From Nitrososphaerales archaeon (lineage in GTDB: Archaea > Thermoproteota > Nitrososphaeria > Nitrososphaerales > UBA213), in contig CBDAOC010000015.1 of the NCBI GenBank assembly GCA_965197925.1, forward strand, positions 1 through 64,000: 64,000 nucleotides of DNA, read 5' to 3'. The position numbers and the translations under genes are program-made. Within the stretch, counting starts at the first letter, position 1; the number at the start of each line of letters is the position of its first letter. Shown piece after piece: positions 54,043 to 64,000 of the stretch. A model generated the notes under the pieces. The model was not told the DNA's origin, searched no databases, and saw nothing but the letters and a program-made list of their open reading frames with translations.

Positions 54043-55138
54043 GAGGCTTGGGCATAATTAAGCCGGTCGAATCGATAAGATCAGGTTTCAATTTTCATTG
54101 GTAATGTGTTTAGCTCAGACTCGATACTTCTTCGCATATTATTTTTGATTGGTGTGATTCGGTCAAAACCTAATAGGAAAAGGGTAGACCATTCTACTAT
54201 TCTCCTACAGTAATGATGAGATGCTTCATCGTTAGAGTATGGGTAAGAATACCAAGCAACAATGCTTTGCATGAATACTATTCGATAGACATGCCATACA
54301 ACAGGAAGGTAATGAAGGCATGTGGTCTTGATAGATTACCAGACAGAAGAACATTCGACAGAAGGTTCAAGGCCATCAATTGACATAAGATCAAGGATAG
54401 ATGTTATGGGTATGCTCTTCATAAAAGATGGGTTGGTAGACCCAGCCATAATATCCGTTGATAGTTCCTTGTTGAAAGCAAAGGGACATGTATGGCATAG
54501 ATCAAACATGAAGAAGAATGAAGTGCCACGCTCCGGTATAGATACAGATGCTCGATAGGGATTCAGCAGAACCAAGGGATGGGTATTCGGATACAAACTG
54601 CATCTAGCATGTAGCACAGGTTCATTGATAGTTCCATTATCAGCTGATTTCACAACAGCTAACATTACTGATAACAAGATGTATGAAAGCATAACATCTT
54701 CATTGCCTACAGGAATGGTAAGGTATGTTGTAGGAGATGAAGGATATGATGATCACAAGTTATGTGATTTCAGCAGGTATAGAGGATTCCTGCTTGTATT
54801 CCCATTGGAAAGGTACAGGCATACTACAGATAATAATAGACTGGCATTGCTGCAGTTCTATCAATCGGAATATAGGCAGCATGTATATTCTCGGAGGAGC
54901 ATAAGCGTTGAGCCATTGATAGAGCATATGAAGGATGTATTTACCATAGATCCATTGCCAGTCAGAGGATTTGATAAAGCTAGGAGCATCGTTCTGATTT
55001 CTATATTGCTATACCAGCTGATGGTATACTATAACTACTTGACAGGAAGACCATTAAGGGCATTGAAGCATATGTTGGGAAGTTAATCAATCAGAGGCAT
55101 CAAGTTATTTTTGTTATATGGAATAATGCCCATGCCTC
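54043..55138 (+). mobile_element. DDE insertion sequence, copy 2 (stop plus frameshifts)
   Basis: TIR GAGGCTTGGGCATAATT / GAGGCATGGGCATTATT; flanks AGATACTC / AGATACAT; highly similar to 34543-35635. Confidence 0.9.
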
Positions 55139-55358
55139 AGATACATATGTGACTAAATAGTAGGGAAGTGAAAGAGTGGCAAGTGAAACACTTTTGTTAT
55201 AGGATCACTTTTGTTATAGAATCAAGTTTCTAATTTTCAAATTGAACAATACCCAAGCAAAAAAATTTGCAATTCTGAATCACGCTCTTCTGAATTTAAA
55301 GTTTTAAATGTAACTTTATTGATGCAGTGAATGCTAACTCGCATTGAACAAATGAAAG

Positions 55359-55907
55359 TTAGATGGAATTTATTATCTGCTTTATCTCGTCATAGTTCGG
55401 CTCTATTAGAGGATTATCCATAACCCATTTGTACTTCACTATTCCATTTGTGTCCAAAACGAACACAGATCTCTTTGCAGCGTTGTAGCCTTTTACATGT
55501 AATAGATCAGGCATTAGAACACCATATTTCTTCACAGCATTTCTTGCATAGTCACTCAAAACTGGAAAATTAAGGCCGTGCATTTCAGTGAACTGCTTGT
55601 TTGCAAATGGGCCATCAATACTAATGGCAATCACCTGTGCTCCAAACTTATTCAATTCTTGAAAAGAATCTCTGAACGAACACATTTCTGCCGTGCATAC
55701 GGGAGACATTGCCGCAGGAAAGAATGCTAATATGATCTTTTTCCCACTATAGTCCTTCAAACTCTTCATATTCAGATCTGGATCCGGCAAATAGAAATCT
55801 GGTGCCTTATTTCCAATATTAGGTACTCTTCCTGCCTTCGTTGCCGGTTTACTCCTAGTTCTAGTCGATATTTTCTTTGCCGGTTTAGATTTAGTCATCA
55901 GACACAT
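55359..55907 (-). CDS. Peroxiredoxin (AhpC/TSA, BCP/AhpE-like)
   Basis: FFPAAMSPVCTAEMC, AKRSVFVLD. Confidence 0.9.
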   Translation of the reverse strand: MCLMTKSKPAKKISTRTRSKPATKAGRVPNIGNKAPDFYLPDPDLNMKSLKDYSGKKIILAFFPAAMSPVCTAEMCSFRDSFQELNKFGAQVIAISIDGPFANKQFTEMHGLNFPVLSDYARNAVKKYGVLMPDLLHVKGYNAAKRSVFVLDTNGIVKYKWVMDNPLIEPNYDEIKQIINSI

Positions 55908-56823
55908 GTCTTTATCAAATTATAAAAGAGTTTCGTGATTCATTCGACAAAACACCGACAATTTTTTTCTTATTAAAGATTATTCCAGTTGGCTACATCA
56001 TTACCATCTTGCCTTTTTGCTTCAATGTAAGACTTTAACCTAGTTTTCCAATATACCCTACTTCCGTAACCCCTTCCTAAACCTAAATTCCATTTGACCA
56101 AGTTCAGGTTCAAGTTTCTTCGCAGCTACACTAATGAGCTACCTTTAATCTTCAGAAAGGTCTTACATTTCCTGGTTTTGGGTTGTATTCATTAATTATT
56201 ATTCTTGCCTAGTAAAACTACTGTATTTTTATTTGGAGAATTGTGTTTTTGTTTCCTATTTGCTTCAAATATGAACAGCAAATGTATCTTCACAATGAAA
56301 GAACGTTTACAATAAAAGATCATAAGTAGAAAAAGGGAAAGTTGTTGGTGTAAAGGGCTAAATGATAATGAAGGCTGTCAATGCGAATGGCAATCAGGGA
56401 GTTCTGACTAAATTAATATTTAGATCGTCTCCAAGACAAATTTTCATTTCAAAATATCTAGTTGAATTAGTTGGAGTTGCATGTCTTGTTAGCCTTGTGC
56501 TCATTGTAATGTTCGATGCAAAAGTCCTTACTACAATCATAGCAATGCCAATTTGCAATTGTTGAACACGTAATACACACAGCTATAGGGTTGTTAAAAT
56601 CATAATCATGTCTATTTCTATTTGAAGTCATTAGAAAACCTGATCACAAAGACAAATCATATGAAAAAACCAATAGAGATAATATACTTTTCCAATTCTA
56701 TGTTATACCTCAACAATTTTGCTTACTTGCAATTCATATTTTGAGAGGGACACAATCATATTATATTTCAGCAATATTATTCTGTACTGCATATTTAAAT
56801 ATTAATCCTTAAAAAGCCTCAGT

Positions 56824-57693
56824 ATGGTTAGGAATAGTAGAACGCATGCTAAGGTTAAAGTCATAGGACTAGATAGAAAAGGTGTTGTTGCAAGTGTAAC
56901 AAATTTCATTTTCGAGCACCAGGGAAATATAGAAAAGATAAACCAAAAATGTGATAAGAGGACTCTTCGGGATGCAGTTTGTGGTTTCTTTTCAACGAGA
57001 TCAATTGAAAAAGAACGAATTTCATAGAGGCTTAAAAAAACTTGGAAAAAAATTGGGTATGGAGATAAAAATTCATTTCGATGAACCCACTATGCTAAAA
57101 AATATGGTCGTTTTGGTTAGCAAAGAGCCACACTGCTTGGAAGCTATACTGGAGTCACAAAGGATGAGTAAAATCAAGGTAAACATTCCTCTAATAGTGG
57201 GGAGCGACAAGGCGCAGAGGCCTACAGCGTTCAAGTACAATATTCCATTCTTTTCAGTGAACTATGCAAACCAGGCTAAGGCTGAAGATCGTATACTCGC
57301 GCTGCTCGAACGATTTAACATTGACTATGTGGCACTAGCGAGGTATATGCGTATACTTTCACCAAACTTTGTGTGGCGCTATCTGAATAAAATAATAAAT
57401 ATCTATCATTCACTATTGCCCGCGTTTGCTGGTGCATATGCGTATGTACAAGCCTACGAAAGAGGTGCAAAGATAGTTGGATGTATTGCCCACTTTGTTA
57501 CAGAGAATTTAGATCAGGGACCTATTGTTTGGCAGGAGTCATTTAAAACCAAACCTAATGATGGTCTTAACTGCATTAAAAAGAGGGAAGGCAGTTGGAA
57601 GCATATACATTACTACATGCATTAAAGCTCTACTTGGAGAACAAACTTGAGGTGTATTGGGGCAAAGTATACTTTAGAAAAACCCTAAGCTAA
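56824..57693 (+). pseudogene. purU: Formyltetrahydrofolate deformylase, two frameshifts
   Basis: ACT domain (GLDRKGVVASV), VSKEPHCL, LARYMRILS, AYERGAK.VG..AHFVTENLDQGPI; shifts at ~56948 and ~57585. Confidence 0.85.
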
Positions 57694-57743
57694 ACATGAG
57701 ACAAAATTGAATAATTCATAAGCGCCATTATCATGGGTAACAT

Positions 57744-58496
57744 ATGACATGTGTTTCAGAGGAAAATGACAGTGAGATCAGAAAAAAGGTAGCTAGGGGT
57801 AAGAAACGAGCAATACTACCAATAGGTTCATTAGAACAACATGGCGCACACCTGCCAGTTGCTACCGATACTATAATCGCAGAGTATATTGCCAAGAGGG
57901 TCTCCCGCCTAGTTGACGCATTTGTGCTTCCACCTCTATTTTATGGAGTTTCTTTTGAGCACAAACCCTTCTTCAATTTAAGCATAAGAAATAACACACT
58001 TGAATCATTGATTAGTGATATATGTGTGTCATTGGCAGAAAATGGGTTCAACAAGATAATATTGCTGAACGGTCATTATGGAAACGAGGCTTCCCTCTCA
58101 TCTATTACTCAACAAATTTATAATAATATCCCTCAAGGCGTACTTATCTACAGTTTATCATATTGGATGGTTCTGGATGAAGTAATACATCATGCCGATG
58201 AATATGAAACCTCTCTGATTCTGGCCATACAACCGGAGCTGGTTAACATGAAAATGGCGAGAAAAGGAAACATAAGGTTTGACAAGATAAAGAGTGATAA
58301 TAAATTGGTTTTATCCAGATTGACTGTCATTCCATCATCATTTTCTAAACTAGCGAACAGCGGGGTTTGGGGAGACCCCACCAAGGCTAACAGCAGAAAG
58401 GGCAAGATTATGTTGGAACATGCCAGTAAAAAACTGGTAAATCTAATAAAAGACATCGAAAAAGTTCATACCTCCACATTAAGGGCCAGAAAATGA
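57744..58496 (+). CDS. Creatininase-family amidohydrolase
   Basis: PIGSLEQHGAHLP..TD, NGHYGN, HADEYETS. Confidence 0.9.
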   Translation: MTCVSEENDSEIRKKVARGKKRAILPIGSLEQHGAHLPVATDTIIAEYIAKRVSRLVDAFVLPPLFYGVSFEHKPFFNLSIRNNTLESLISDICVSLAENGFNKIILLNGHYGNEASLSSITQQIYNNIPQGVLIYSLSYWMVLDEVIHHADEYETSLILAIQPELVNMKMARKGNIRFDKIKSDNKLVLSRLTVIPSSFSKLANSGVWGDPTKANSRKGKIMLEHASKKLVNLIKDIEKVHTSTLRARK

Positions 58497-58584
58497 GGTC
58501 AATCTTGTATTGCTGTTTATGATGGAATAATGGACTGCGCTATTTTAATATAGTACTCAACTCCTGAGTACTAGTGATATAGAA

Positions 58585-58818
58585 ATGTCCGTAGATATGG
58601 CCGTCAAAGTACTAGATGAGAGCCTTGGTAGAGTTGTTCTAATAAAGCTGAAAGGGGGCAAGATGTTAAGAGGCTCATTGCTTGGCTTCGATCAACATAT
58701 GAATCTCCTCTTGGAAGAAACTCAGGAATTACTGGAAGAGGATAAGACGAATGATCTAGGAACAATTGTAGTGAGGGGGGATAACGTAGTAATAATTTCT
58801 CCACCACCTCCAAGGTGA
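58585..58818 (+). CDS. Sm-like (Lsm/SmAP) RNA-binding protein
   Basis: G.LLGFDQHMNLLL, VVRGDNVV.ISP. Confidence 0.95.
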   Translation: MSVDMAVKVLDESLGRVVLIKLKGGKMLRGSLLGFDQHMNLLLEETQELLEEDKTNDLGTIVVRGDNVVIISPPPPR

Positions 58819-58824
58819 TAACAA

Positions 58825-58989
58825 ATGGTTAAAGGCACTACCTCAATGGGTAACTTTACAAGAGGTAAAGTGCATATAAGATGCAGAAGGTGTGGAAGCA
58901 ATTCATATCATAAAAGAAAAAAGCGTTGCTCCAAATGCGGTTATCCTGATCCTAGGATTAGAAAGTATGCCTTCATAAGGAGCAAGTGA
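58825..58989 (+). CDS. rpl37e: 50S ribosomal protein L37e (missed by ORF track)
   Basis: Hand translation [48 protein letters not shown]; canonical position after Lsm. Confidence 0.95.
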   Translation: MVKGTTSMGNFTRGKVHIRCRRCGSNSYHKRKKRCSKCGYPDPRIRKYAFIRSK

Positions 58990-58992
58990 GCC

Positions 58993-59571
58993 ATGGAAAC
59001 AATAGTATTAGTAGCTAGTTCTGCAGTAGGAGCACTTACCGCTATGGCGTTAGACAAAGTTTCTCATAATGTTAACAAATTAAATAAGAATAACACACAT
59101 TCAATAAATTTGCAGAAGAGACTAGTCTCCAAGGCAGTGGAAAGGGTCTATGAATACGAGCGCGAAGGGAGGATAACCGTGACCGAAAGAGAAAAACTTA
59201 TCATCAAATACAGGCAGGAACAGAATAAGGTAGACAATGACTTGGGCGGCGTTACGCTATACGATCATAAAGTACTAAATTCATTGAAGGAAAACCTTGT
59301 TTTGGTCGTAGATCAAAGAATGGCAGAGATCACTTCTAAGCTGGATGATCTTGCAGGCAAGATTGATGAAACGCCAGTTAAGAGAAAGACCTCGACACCC
59401 ATGGACAGGGACAATGGGAAGTTAATGGAAACCCCTAAGCATTTTGCTCCAATTGAAATTACAGAAAATACTAAGATTACAGAAAGTCCTGAAACAGACG
59501 CAAGCCTAGAAGAGATAAAGAAGCAGATAACCCAAACTTTGTCTAGACTGGAGCAAGCTGAGGTTGAATAA
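58993..59571 (+). CDS. Conserved hypothetical coiled-coil protein
   Basis: Operonic between rpl37e and rpiA; ends LSRLEQAEVE. Confidence 0.65.
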   Translation: METIVLVASSAVGALTAMALDKVSHNVNKLNKNNTHSINLQKRLVSKAVERVYEYEREGRITVTEREKLIIKYRQEQNKVDNDLGGVTLYDHKVLNSLKENLVLVVDQRMAEITSKLDDLAGKIDETPVKRKTSTPMDRDNGKLMETPKHFAPIEITENTKITESPETDASLEEIKKQITQTLSRLEQAEVE

Positions 59572-60252
59572 TTGGATTCTAGTGTTGTTCTACAAAGGAT
59601 GGCATTAGATGCTCTTGAAAATGTAAAAGACAGATTTATTATAGGTTTGGGATCTGGTAGAACTGTTGCAGTATTCGTTAGAGCACTTGCAAGGCATGGC
59701 ATAGAAAATAATTTAGATATCAAAGTTATCCCCACCTCATTGCAGATCAAACTTGAAGCTGAAAGATTGGGTGTTAACATAATGGACGATGCTTTTATTC
59801 CATTAATAGACTTGGTATTTGATGGGGCAGACCAAATAGACGCAAAATTTAACATGATAAAGGGGGGTGGTGGAGCATTGCTCAGGGAAAAAGTTTTGAT
59901 ACATGCTTCCAAACAGACAGTGATTTTAGCAGACGAAAGCAAATATGTGAATGTACTGAGAAAAGCAGTACCCCTAGAAGTTCATCCATATGCTAGAACC
60001 TATGTGTATGAAAGTTTGAAAAAAAGGGGTATAATAGCCCATATAAGAACTAATGATAAAGGTTATCCCTTCGTAACAGAAAATGGGAATATTATACTTG
60101 ATGCTAATTTTGGAGAGATAACTGATGTGGTAGGTATAGAACATTATGTGAAGAACATTGCAGGCGTTATGGAAGTAGGCCTCTTCACTAAGCCTGCAAC
60201 TTTTTATTATAAAGCAAAAAATAATGGAAGGGTGGAGGTTCTTTCTCCATAG
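59572..60252 (+). CDS. rpiA: Ribose-5-phosphate isomerase A
   Basis: GLGSGRT, DGADQ, IKGGGGALLREK, TENGNIILD, GVMEVGLF. Confidence 0.95.
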   Translation: MDSSVVLQRMALDALENVKDRFIIGLGSGRTVAVFVRALARHGIENNLDIKVIPTSLQIKLEAERLGVNIMDDAFIPLIDLVFDGADQIDAKFNMIKGGGGALLREKVLIHASKQTVILADESKYVNVLRKAVPLEVHPYARTYVYESLKKRGIIAHIRTNDKGYPFVTENGNIILDANFGEITDVVGIEHYVKNIAGVMEVGLFTKPATFYYKAKNNGRVEVLSP

Positions 60253-60269
60253 TTTGGAGTAGATAAGTA

Positions 60270-60521
60270 ATGGTAAGGAAAAGTTTGAAGGAAACAACAA
60301 AAACTAAAAATAACAAAGGGGAGCGAGCGAAAAGAGAGAAAGAAAAGGAAAAAGAGGTATTTGTTGAGAAGCCAGCCAAGAGAGTTGATATTGACCTTGA
60401 TATTTACCGCGGCCTGTTCAAATACTTGGAAGAAAAGCTCAGTGTTGAATGTTTTATTGATCTGCATGGCCAATGCTATGGTAGGCCGGATTGTGGGTGC
60501 GAATGTCATACCAAAAAATAA
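60270..60521 (+). CDS. Small hypothetical protein with C-terminal Cys/His cluster
   Basis: Lys/Glu-rich N-terminus; C...H..C....CxCxCH. Confidence 0.5.
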   Translation: MVRKSLKETTKTKNNKGERAKREKEKEKEVFVEKPAKRVDIDLDIYRGLFKYLEEKLSVECFIDLHGQCYGRPDCGCECHTKK

Positions 60522-60672
60522 TTCAATTTTGTACTTGACCTCTAACAATAGAATCATAAAATTATATTAAGAGGCGTTCAAATTGCGGCAGAGGTACATC
60601 TCTTCCCGATAGGGATAGAAATAAGTGATGTATCTTACAAGAATAAAGATGACGAAATATGGATTACACTGA

Positions 60673-62067
60673 TTATGATTCTATATTTCTAGCTACGAAT
60701 TGTCCATTACCAGGCTTCCCTATGACTTGTCCGTTATCCATCACCAACTCTCCTCTTACAATAGTAGTTACGGGCCATCCTTTCAAAGTCATTCCATCAT
60801 AGATCGTATAATCCGAATAGGACTGCAATAATTCTGGCGTTACCTTCTGTTCTTTCTCAAGATCTACTAATACAATATCTGCATCAGAGTCTATTGATAT
60901 AGTTCCCTTTTTTGGAAACATGCCAAATATTTTAGCTGTATTATAGCTTGTTAACGCTGCCACTTTCTGTATTGTAACTCTACCTTTGTTCACACCCTCG
61001 CTCAAAAGAACCGGTAGCATTGTAGCTATACCTGGAAATCCAGCAAGTGTTGACCATAAATCACCATCCCCACGCTTCATCTCCAACCTGCTTGCAACAT
61101 GATCCGTACCTATACAGTTTATAGTTCCATCACCTACTGCCTCCCACATCTTCCACACATCTTCCTTACTTCTTACTGGTGGCACAACCTTTGCTAATAT
61201 GTTTTTAAAATCAGTAGAATGAGTAAGATAATGTGGACATGTTTCAACGAATATTTCTGCCCCATTATTCCTTTCGTTTCTTATAGAATCAATTGTTACA
61301 GCCGATCCAATATGTGGTAGATACAATTTACATTTGTTCTCTCTTGCCCATGAAGAAACCTTGACTACTGCTTTTTGTTCTGATCTACACGGCCTGCAAT
61401 CTGACCATCCGTTCAATCCATTCTTACCTTCATTCTTTGCTCTCTGCATTTCTGAATTACAAATCTCTGGATCCTCCGCATGGGCTAAGATAAGTGCTTT
61501 TTGTGATGCAACTATTTTGATCGCAGACTCCAATAAATTATCGTCGGTATTTACATTTCCTGAAACTAATTTGTCAGTGTAAGGATCAATATCCATATAG
61601 ATTTTTCCTAGTTCTCCTTTTAGGTTCATGTAAAGTTTGAATGACGTTATACCGTTATTGATACAGTAATTGATTTGCTTAACATGTTCTGGTAGTAGTA
61701 TTGATGCATGATATGCATAATCAACGATATGTGATCTTACAGAAGCGTCTAAATGCGTTTTCAGTTTTTCTTCGTATGAACCATACAATCTTAACATTCG
61801 CATCATTGTCGTTATACCACCTATTGCTGCTGAACCAGATTCACTTTCTGCAGCTTTATCTATAGAAGTATAAACGCCATAGTGCACATGAGGATCTATT
61901 ATACCAGGGAGTGCGTATAGACCTTCAGCATCTATTCTTTTGTCTGACTGTACCTCATCTGGGGTGAACTCTGCTATCTTCCCATCTTTTATTGCAATAT
62001 TTGTGTTGACTATTCCAACATTTGGCACTACTATACTAGCGTTAACTATAGAAATATCGAAGGTCAT
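60673..62067 (-). CDS. Dihydroorotase/allantoinase/hydantoinase-family amidohydrolase
   Basis: PGIIDPHVH, GGITT, SFKLYM, HAED, ETCPHYL, GTDH, DADIV. Confidence 0.9.
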   Translation of the reverse strand: MTFDISIVNASIVVPNVGIVNTNIAIKDGKIAEFTPDEVQSDKRIDAEGLYALPGIIDPHVHYGVYTSIDKAAESESGSAAIGGITTMMRMLRLYGSYEEKLKTHLDASVRSHIVDYAYHASILLPEHVKQINYCINNGITSFKLYMNLKGELGKIYMDIDPYTDKLVSGNVNTDDNLLESAIKIVASQKALILAHAEDPEICNSEMQRAKNEGKNGLNGWSDCRPCRSEQKAVVKVSSWARENKCKLYLPHIGSAVTIDSIRNERNNGAEIFVETCPHYLTHSTDFKNILAKVVPPVRSKEDVWKMWEAVGDGTINCIGTDHVASRLEMKRGDGDLWSTLAGFPGIATMLPVLLSEGVNKGRVTIQKVAALTSYNTAKIFGMFPKKGTISIDSDADIVLVDLEKEQKVTPELLQSYSDYTIYDGMTLKGWPVTTIVRGELVMDNGQVIGKPGNGQFVARNIES

Positions 62068-62170
62068 TCAACATTCAACAAAAAAGACCTGATATAAAGT
62101 GAGCGTTGATAGAGTCAGCTGACAAAAGTAGCTACAGAGAGTCCAGATAAGTCTAAAATGCCTTCATACT

Positions 62171-62365
62171 CTAGGCATCTTTTCTTCTAAAGCCTTCACT
62201 ATTTTGCTTCATAACCTTTTTCAACCATCCAGTGAAAATTCCACAGGTTTTTACTTTTTTCCATTCTTTGTCATCATACTTGCCAGAGTAATAAAGGACT
62301 ATAACCAAGTCAATACCCAGATAGAAAATAGTCCCTACTACACCAAAAAGGTATGGCTCTACCAT
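62171..62365 (-). CDS. Small membrane protein
   Basis: 64 aa with one TM helix. Confidence 0.4.
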   Translation of the reverse strand: MVEPYLFGVVGTIFYLGIDLVIVLYYSGKYDDKEWKKVKTCGIFTGWLKKVMKQNSEGFRRKDA

Positions 62366-62981
62366 ACAAATAATTTATTTTATATTTATTTAAATGATCT
62401 TAACTTCCGTTTTACGGCCTATTTGTTTATAGAGATATAAGAAATAAAGTATAGCAAGGTTCCATTTTTCTATATTGTTTACATAAAATAGATATTTGAT
62501 ATTCGGTAAGTTTTGGGTGTAGTAACAGGGACCATTATTCATCAGGTTTTACTAAACTCTTAAATTTCTACAATTTAAGATCTTAACATTTACACGATTC
62601 ATTCAGTATTTTGCACCATGTGCAGCGTATTTGTACTGAGATGGGCAATCTTACTTTCGCTTTTCTTAACCCTAAGTTATATTGTAAAAATTGCATCCCG
62701 TCGAAATCTATTTTTGATTTATAAAGTTTCTACTGTATAAAAATTCATTCATTGGTATCAGATCTTCCTGAGAGGGATCTATAAAATATATTATTTTAAA
62801 GACTTGTAATAGATTATCTGGTCTGGCTGATAGATCTGGATTTTTCCCTGCAATTCGATACTATTCTAACTTTTTATTGACATAATTTAAAATTGATCTT
62901 ATGTCAAGCTTAAATCTGTCAACCATTTATTTACATTTTATGAATATTATCTTCATTGGTGCCATGACGATTTAACTAGTT

Positions 62982-64000
62982 GAGGCTTGGGCGTAATTTA
63001 GTTCGAAACGATAAGATCAGGTTCCATTTTTCATTGGTAATGTGTTTAGCTCAGACTCCATACTTCTTCGTATATTATTTTTGATTGACGTGATTCCTTG
63101 GTCAAAACCTAATAGGAAAAGAGGTAGACCATTCTACTATTCTCCTACAGTAATGGTGAGATGCTTCATCGTTAGAGTATGGATAAGAATACCAGGCAAC
63201 AATGCTTTGCATGAATACTATTCGATAGACATGCCATACAACAGGAAGGTAATGAAGGCATGTGGTCTTGATAGGTTGCCAGATAAAAGAACATTCGACA
63301 GAAGGTCAAGGCCATATCAATTGACATAAGATCAAGGATAGGTGCTATGGGTGTGCTCTTCATAAAAGATGGGTTGGTAGACCCAGCCATAATATCCGTT
63401 GACAGTTCATTGTTGAAAGCAAAGGGACATGTATGGCACAAATCTAGCATGAAGAAGAATGAAGTACCACGCTCCGGTATAGATACAGATGCTCGATGGG
63501 GCTACAGCAGAACCAAGGGATGGGTATTCGGATACAAGATGCATCTAGCATGTAGCACAGGTTCATTGATAGTTCCATTATCAGCTGATTTCACAACAGC
63601 TAACATTACTGATAACAAGATGTATGAAAGCATAACATCTTCATTGCCTACAGGAATGGTAAGGTATGTTGTAGGAGATGAAGGATATGATGATCACAAG
63701 TTATGTGATTTCAGCAGGTATAGAGGGCATCTACTAGTATTCCCATTGGAAAGGTACAAGCATACTACAGATAATAATAGACTGGCATTGCTGCAGTTCT
63801 ATCAATCTGAATTTAGACAGCATGTATATTCTCGGAGGAGCATAAGCGTTGAACCATTGATAGAGCACATAAAGGATGTATTTACCATTAGATCCATTAC
63901 CAGTTAGAGGATTTGATAAAGCTAGGAGCATCGTTCTGATTTCTATATTGCTATACCAGCTGATGGTATACTACAACTACTTGACAGGAAGACCATTAAG
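62982..64000 (+). mobile_element. DDE insertion sequence, copy 3, truncated by window end
   Basis: Left TIR GAGGCTTGGGCGTAATT at 62982; ORFs 63042-63329 and 63347-63907 match copies 1 and 2. Confidence 0.9.

Overview
AT-rich archaeal DNA, most consistent with an ammonia-oxidising Nitrososphaeria (Thaumarchaeota). Markers include the acetyl/propionyl-CoA carboxylase operon, Lsm-rpl37e, RFC-L, an archaeal AbrB-PhoU regulator and a DUF6659-like protein. 1-6.4 kb is a decaying integrase-associated defence island: rearranged type I RM genes, a DUF262::HsdR chimera, a Schlafen/AlbA_2 protein, a HEPN/MauJ-like pseudogene and an unannotated small basic ORF resembling a tailed histone fold. 6.4-11.5 kb holds two inverted, near-identical IS5 copies bracketing a TPR gene and a secreted beta-helix gene, with a third IS5 nested in one copy. 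The rest is largely core or metabolic: P-type ATPase, pst/phoU, sbtAB, broken RTX genes, UbiC/UbiA/UbiE-like genes, proline catabolism, a B12-binding regulator, acc/pcc, purU (broken), rpiA and an amidohydrolase. There are seven IS copies in 64 kb. No CRISPR array, rRNA or complete tRNA was seen. All protein assignments come from motif recognition by eye; no database searches were run.
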